A DNA stretch of 45,252 bases from Conidiobolus incongruus B7586 (lineage: Eukaryota), in the NCBI GenBank assembly GCA_000697335.1, contig JNEM01011217.1:1-45252 (forward strand), written 5' to 3'. Below, piece after piece: positions 40,790-45,252 of this stretch (its first letter is position 1; every line of letters begins with the position of its first letter). A program made the position numbers and the translations under genes. The notes below the pieces were generated by a model. It did no database searches and was not told the origin of the DNA. It was given only the letters and a program-made list of their open reading frames with translations.

Positions 40790-42119
40790 GATTTAAAATA
40801 TTAATAAATAGAATTAATTTGTTTTATTAAAATTATTAACATATAACAATTATAAATATTACTGAATTTAAAATTAAGGAGCTTTGAGGATATTTGAATA
40901 TCGTGACGGTTTTTATATGCATGAAATATCACTAAATATGGGATAACAGATTTCAACTTATTTACTACCAATATGATTCATCATACGATATTACTTATGC
41001 ACTTAGCTATAACCCTTAATATAAAATTTATAGAATATTGAAATGGCCATATTATGATTTATCTTATTTCAAGAACTGAATAAATTTCCTAAAATTAAAT
41101 ATATCTTTTAAAATAATTTTATTACATTTACAAATAAAATAAATTACACTTTTAATTTTTAGAGATTATAAACTTTATAAAAATATATCAATTAATTAAA
41201 AATTTTATTATAATCATTAATTTAAAATATCTATTACCAGAGGTTTAGGGAATCAATTATGAAATAATTAGAGATTTGAGAAATTTTAGAATCATTTAAA
41301 ATCAATCTCAATTTATATTTCTTAAAAAATAACTATTATTTAATTGAATTTATTGAAAATCTGAAGTAAATTTATAATGTTATTAAGATAATTATACTTG
41401 AAGGAGATGATTGATTATGTTGAATGTATATATAATAATGAAATATTTAGTATATTTTAATTGATATTACAAATATGGTTGATTTCATTGAATATGTGAT
41501 TTAATACAAAATAGATATCAAATAATATAATTTAATAAAATTACAAATATTATATTAAAAGGATATATTATAATATCACTTATATTTTTGATATAATATA
41601 ATTTCCACCAAATCAAGGATATTCACTATAATGTAGATCAATCAGTAAAAAGTTTGATTGAATATTTCAAATAATATTGTCGATTTTAATAAGATGTCAT
41701 TGGCCAGCCTTATTTCAATAATTCATTAGGATTTATTAATTATGTATATAATATGCTTTGACATATTAAACCTATTTTGTATATCCAGATTTCAAACTGT
41801 TGAACTATAAATATAGCTTCTGTTCACAATAATTGGTATAATCTTACGTCAAATATCTTGTGATATATATAAGAACATATTTTCAAATCATGTTTAAATT
41901 GAAAAAATATTTGATATTCAATGTAAACTGTTTTATAAATGATATTAATACTTTATGAATATTTCAAAAAAATCTCATAATACTATTCAATTAATCCAAA
42001 TCTTAACCCAATTTCACTATCCCAAAATAATTCCCATATCTAAACACTTATCAAATTCAATAGAATCATCCAAATTCCATGTCATAACTCTAATTCTTAT
42101 TCAATTACAATCAAATAAA

Positions 42120-42428
42120 ATGGGATTATTAGTTGTAATTATCGTAGGTATTATCACAGCCGGTCTCAGCTTCCTATGCTGGCAATACCCTCTCAAACAG
42201 TTTGACCAAGTGTAATATCCCTATTTCATTGAAATTCATTCACTAATTTTGATTTAGGGTTTTCCGTTCTACTTCTATAATGACTTTGGTTTGTCTTTAT
42301 TTGATGTAACATTACTTCATAGAGATAATTTTGTAAAATTGTTAATATTTTGCTTTAGGTGGGCTTTTACTTATTTAGCACAATTGAACCCATTAATCGC
42401 TCCTAAGAAAGTGGCAGGCAATCATTAA
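42120..42428 (+). CDS. VMA9: V-ATPase V0 subunit e, 3 exons
   Basis: Spliced: MGLLVVIIVGIITAGLSFLCWQYPLKQFDQVVFRSTSIMTLVCLYLMWAFTYLAQLNPLIAPKKVAGNH*; C.YLMW..TYLAQL.PLI.P is the family signature. Confidence 0.93.
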
Positions 42429-44160
42429 AATTCCAAGTTCAATTCGGTTTATAGTTATAATTGTCTAGTTTATTTAAATTGATTAATTATTGAATAATTT
42501 TTTGGTGTTTGAAGACAATTTTGGACTGTAATCATAGTTTGAACCTTAATAATGAGTTATAAATGGTATTACCTTTTATTGAATATTGTTTAAATTAATT
42601 TTAATTTTTAATTTGGCCAATTTTAAATATTCATCATTTATTAAATTTTATTTATTTTTATTAAGACATATTTACTATTATTGGTATATAATTATTCTTT
42701 TTTACTTATATCATGAATAACAATTTAAGTATTAACAAGCATTCTCAATTTCAATACTCCATTTTAATATGGAATAATAAGTAATATTTTTTGAATACTA
42801 ATTTTAGAATTATATATTACAATATAAATATATTTTAAATACTGATAAGAAATATAAACATCATTTAACTTATATACACACAAAATATATGCGAACTAGC
42901 TTCCATATTCAGATATATTATTCAATTTTTATAATAATATTATAATTCCATTTATCTATTAAATGTATTTTTGTCAGGTAATATTATTCATTTATCATAT
43001 ACAATATCAATTAAATCATCGTTCAATATTATACAATTTGATTTCAATTCATATTCCTATTATTTTCAACCAATTAAAATTTTGAAACTGTTATAGTATA
43101 TTTAAGATTTTAAAATGTCTTATATCGTTTTAATCATTATTCCATAGTTTATACTGAATATTAAACTTTTATTTGAAAATATTTCATATAATTTGGTATA
43201 AAATTTTATTACAATAGATGTTATAATTAACCCAGTATTAATTATTCAATTATTGGATATTATTACATTTACAATATTGAGTGTGTAATAATTTACAATT
43301 TAATGATTAATATTTCAATAATTTTTTAATTCGATCACATTTTATTTCATAAATATTGTTACTTTCCCAAATAATTCAAAATATACTTTATATCAAAATA
43401 CTATTAATTGATATTATTTTTTTTAAGATTTCATCATTTCAAAATTTATAGGAATTGGATTAATTAAAATCTCAGTCATTTATCCTTGCTATTGCAATTA
43501 CTACACAGTTCATTGATTAAGATATATTAGTATTATAATCAATAACTATTGGTATAATTGCTTAAAATTTGATGAATTCTTAATGTACCAATATTTTAGA
43601 TTAGATCATTATTTCAATTATTGAACAATATTTGTTAATTAATTCCGTTCTCTATCATATTCAAGGCCAAATATAAAAAATCAAGTGCTCCTAATAGATG
43701 CATTGGAATTAATTCTATTATTTGAAGCTATTTATTAGCAATTGTAATTTTGTTTTGACTAGTATCTTTTTTTCTTCATCTAATCCATTATGGTTATTTT
43801 AATAGAAAATGTGATATTTTCAATTTACATTTTTTCAAGTTAAAATTCAATTAGCACATTCAAATCTTGAAATAACTATTAGCTAACTAATCAAAGGCTA
43901 TATTCGATTTTTACTCCATTACAGTGTTTATACAGTCCTCCTTTTCCTAAATAAATATTAATTTATCAAATCAAGCTACAGATCAGCATTATTTATTAGC
44001 CTTTTTTATAATAATAAACTTAATATTGAATAAAATTATATTCCTGATTTAATAACTCTTTAATTTAAAAATTTCATATAAAATTTGAATTATATTGTAT
44101 AAAAAAATAAAATTTGAATATTAAAATCAAAATACAAATATATATATATATATATATATA

Positions 44161-44597
44161 TGATAGGAAATAATTGTGTCCATCACTCAAGAAACTCTGG
44201 TTATCACACTGATACAAGAAGTCACATTGGAAGTGCCTCATTTCATGAACTGGTTAAACTTATCATTTTCTGCCTGTAAGGCCTACACGTTCACGAACAT
44301 TCACAATTGAAACTAATATAAGATTACCACAAGCAAACTAATAAACATATTCTTCTATCTTCATTTTCAAAAGTATCCAGTCTCTAAGTTTTTCTCGTAA
44401 CACTCACAAAGGTATTGAGTCGTGACGAGCGTGAGATATTTACTTTATTCGAAGAACCCGATCCGCAGTAAGCTATTTTCACCTAATTTTGTGAACCCCC
44501 TTAATTTCCCTTAACTTTGTGGTAATCTATCATTTACCACTGGCGATTCCTCGTTTAAGCTCTAAAAGACTACTTCCTCGCGCGTTTACGGTCGTCA
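44161..44597 (+). mobile_element. Solo LTR (437 bp) inserted in a (TA)n tract
   Basis: TGA...TCA termini flanked by TATA on both sides; CpG-rich; homologous to 34120-34560. Confidence 0.8.
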
Positions 44598-45252
44598 TAT
44601 ATATCTTTATCAAGATCATTAACTTATTAAAATTAGAAAACTTAGATCCAGAGAAATATCTTATAATATTACAATAATAAAAACTATTATTATTATTATT
44701 CTTTTTTTATTCAAACTCAAACAATATAGTTTTATAATTATTCAAACAAATGATTAAATGATCAACACCCTTAGTTAATATATTTAATCTAATAGATATA
44801 ATTTTTTTGTATAGTAATATATTAGATATTTATTATCAAGTATTAGTTAAAATTTTTGCATAAAATATAATTTTACAATAGTCTCAAATTTATATTAATG
44901 ATTATATCATTATAATCAATTTTGTGTTATCTAATATATTTTATAAATAAATATCATTTTTCTTGTAATTATCTCAAATTTAATTTGAGAATAGAAGACT
45001 TGAAAAAATATTAAAATATAATAACACTATTATAATTCCTTGGAGTCAAAGTGTAATATATGAAATATTCTTTAATTATATATATATATATTCAATAAAT
45101 TAATACAAATAAGCTGAATTGAAGTTAATGACTTAAAATTTATAATATTTTATAATATAAATTCAATTTTTTCGAAAGATTAGTATCTGAATACAAATTT
45201 GAATAAAAATTAATTATAATTTTAAATGATATTATTTTATTTGAATTTATAG

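Noticed and set aside
36496..40796. Many short overlapping ORFs on both strands
   Set aside because: Shadow frames of the GC-richer NCR1 coding sequence; the same applies to the antisense ORFs over Med23 and La.

Overview
Very AT-rich eukaryotic DNA with short GT-AG introns. The gene content (Med23, CSL, Rab2, UBE2J1-type E2, three-domain La, F-box/LRR) points to an early-diverging fungus, plausibly Entomophthoromycotina such as Conidiobolus; this is an inference. Apparently intact genes: a CSL transcription factor, Rab2, an unnamed coiled-coil protein, TRM2, a La-family protein, NPC1/NCR1 and V-ATPase subunit e. Dead genes: a full-length Med23 with 12 in-frame stops plus frameshifts, a UBE2J1/Ubc6 E2 that has lost its catalytic Cys, and an F-box/LRR gene split by a solo LTR with an exact 5-bp target-site duplication. 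Much of the 'intergenic' AT desert is at least five ~1.3-kb mariner (D,D34D) relics and several solo LTRs, eroded mostly by C>T/G>A changes. The most novel-looking signal is a pair of ~120-nt GC-rich elements (27581, 31550) with a tRNA-like head and a conserved non-tRNA tail. They keep their CpGs and lie on either side of the intronless La gene.
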